The notes beneath the pieces are model-generated. The model had not been told where the DNA came from. It ran no database searches and worked only from the letters and a program-made list of their open reading frames with translations. The translations under genes and the position numbers were made by a program. From Bdellovibrionia bacterium (GTDB lineage: Bacteria; Bdellovibrionota; UBA1018): a DNA stretch of 33,659 nucleotides. The stretch spans positions 1 through 33,659 of the forward strand of contig JBBQMV010000001.1 in NCBI GenBank assembly GCA_038329315.1, given 5' to 3'. Of this stretch, positions 33,093 through 33,659 are shown in pieces; positions within the stretch are counted from its first letter, which is position 1, and every line of letters starts with the position of its first letter.

Positions 33093-33659
33093 ATGACCGA
33101 CGCTAAAACGATGAACATCCCCCAAAGACTGACCGATAAAATAGCGATCATTACGGGTTCCGGCCGTGGACTCGGAGCCGCGACCGCACTGCGGATGGCC
33201 CAGGAAGGCGCCCACGTCGTCGTAAATGATATCTCCCCCGAAGCCGCGAAAGAAACGGCTGCAGCGATCGAAAAACTCGGTCGGCGCGTAATGATTTCGA
33301 CCCATGACGTGTCGGATACTTCGGCAGCCAATGCCCTCGTCGACGAAGCAAAGAAAACATTTGGCCGCGTGGATATCCTCGTCAACAACGCCGGCATCAC
33401 CCGCGATTCCATGCTCCACAAACTCACCGAGGAAAAGTGGGACGAAGTCATTCGCGTGAACCTAAAAGGCCCGTTCAATATGGGCCAAGCCTGCGCTAAA
33501 GTGATGATGGAGAACAAATACGGAAAAATCGTAAACTTAGCTTCTATCGCCTGGCTTGGAAATATCGGCCAATCGAACTATTCGGCTTCGAAGGCGGGGG
33601 TCGTCGGGCTCACTCGCACCTGGGCACTCGAACTGGCGCGCTACCAAATTAACGTAAAT
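33093..33659 (+). CDS. short-chain dehydrogenase/reductase, FabG-like (3-oxoacyl-ACP / acetoacetyl-CoA reductase type), partial (3' end beyond window)
   Basis: My own translation: ...DKIAIITGSGRGLGAATA..., NNAGI, and catalytic YSASKAG. It is open to the window edge. The in-frame ATG at 33111 is an alternative start. The antisense track ORFs here are rejected. Confidence 0.85.
   Translation, partial: MTDAKTMNIPQRLTDKIAIITGSGRGLGAATALRMAQEGAHVVVNDISPEAAKETAAAIEKLGRRVMISTHDVSDTSAANALVDEAKKTFGRVDILVNNAGITRDSMLHKLTEEKWDEVIRVNLKGPFNMGQACAKVMMENKYGKIVNLASIAWLGNIGQSNYSASKAGVVGLTRTWALELARYQINVN

Overview
This is a gene-dense, moderately GC-rich chromosomal segment, and almost every gene is a recognisable housekeeping or envelope gene. 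I saw no rRNA, tRNA, CRISPR array, transposase, integrase or phage-like gene. The gene content suggests a Bdellovibrio-like / 'delta-proteobacterial' predatory lineage: an MglA GTPase, a serine-palmitoyltransferase-like enzyme, two DksA/TraR paralogs, a secreted trypsin-like protease and a PilB/GspE-type ATPase. This taxonomic guess is inference only.

Gene order:
- Minus strand: two small secreted proteins <- ggt.
- Plus strand: a di-heme cytochrome c.
- Minus strand: dedA <- App1-like phosphatase <- S1 protease.
- Minus strand: outer-membrane barrel <- PAS-GGDEF <- ICMT-like methyltransferase.
- Plus strand: XRE regulator.
- Minus strand: lpxC, then ruvB <- ruvA <- ruvC, then GNAT-like <- SPT-like.
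- Plus strand: two hypothetical proteins.
- Long minus-strand operon: hit <- murA <- prmC <- prfA <- DUF1385 <- rho.
- Plus strand: mltG.
- Minus strand: GT87-like <- ogt.
- Plus strand: dnaX-recR-mglA-dksA-like-Cys-rich ORF, then a PilB/GspE-like ATPase.
- Minus strand: a second dksA-like gene <- a small ORF.
- Plus strand: a partial FabG-like SDR.

The most interesting region is 29.1-32.9 kb:
- An MglA gene with no adjacent MglB is translationally coupled (ATGA overlaps) to a DksA-like zinc-finger protein.
- That gene is in turn coupled to a signal-peptide miniprotein with a strictly periodic 12-cysteine pattern.
- A domain-minimal PilB/GspE ATPase follows.
- A second, inverted DksA paralog follows, with a roughly 235-nt noncoding tail ending in a strong terminator.

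Secondary leads:
- an SPT-like / GNAT-like lipid gene pair;
- an in-register A AAA AAC heptamer in dnaX at the position expected for a gamma/tau split;
- a G-free, C-rich tract in the rho leader;
- a PAS-GGDEF / beta-barrel operon.

All functional calls come from motif and whole-length recognition by eye. No searches or computations were run.
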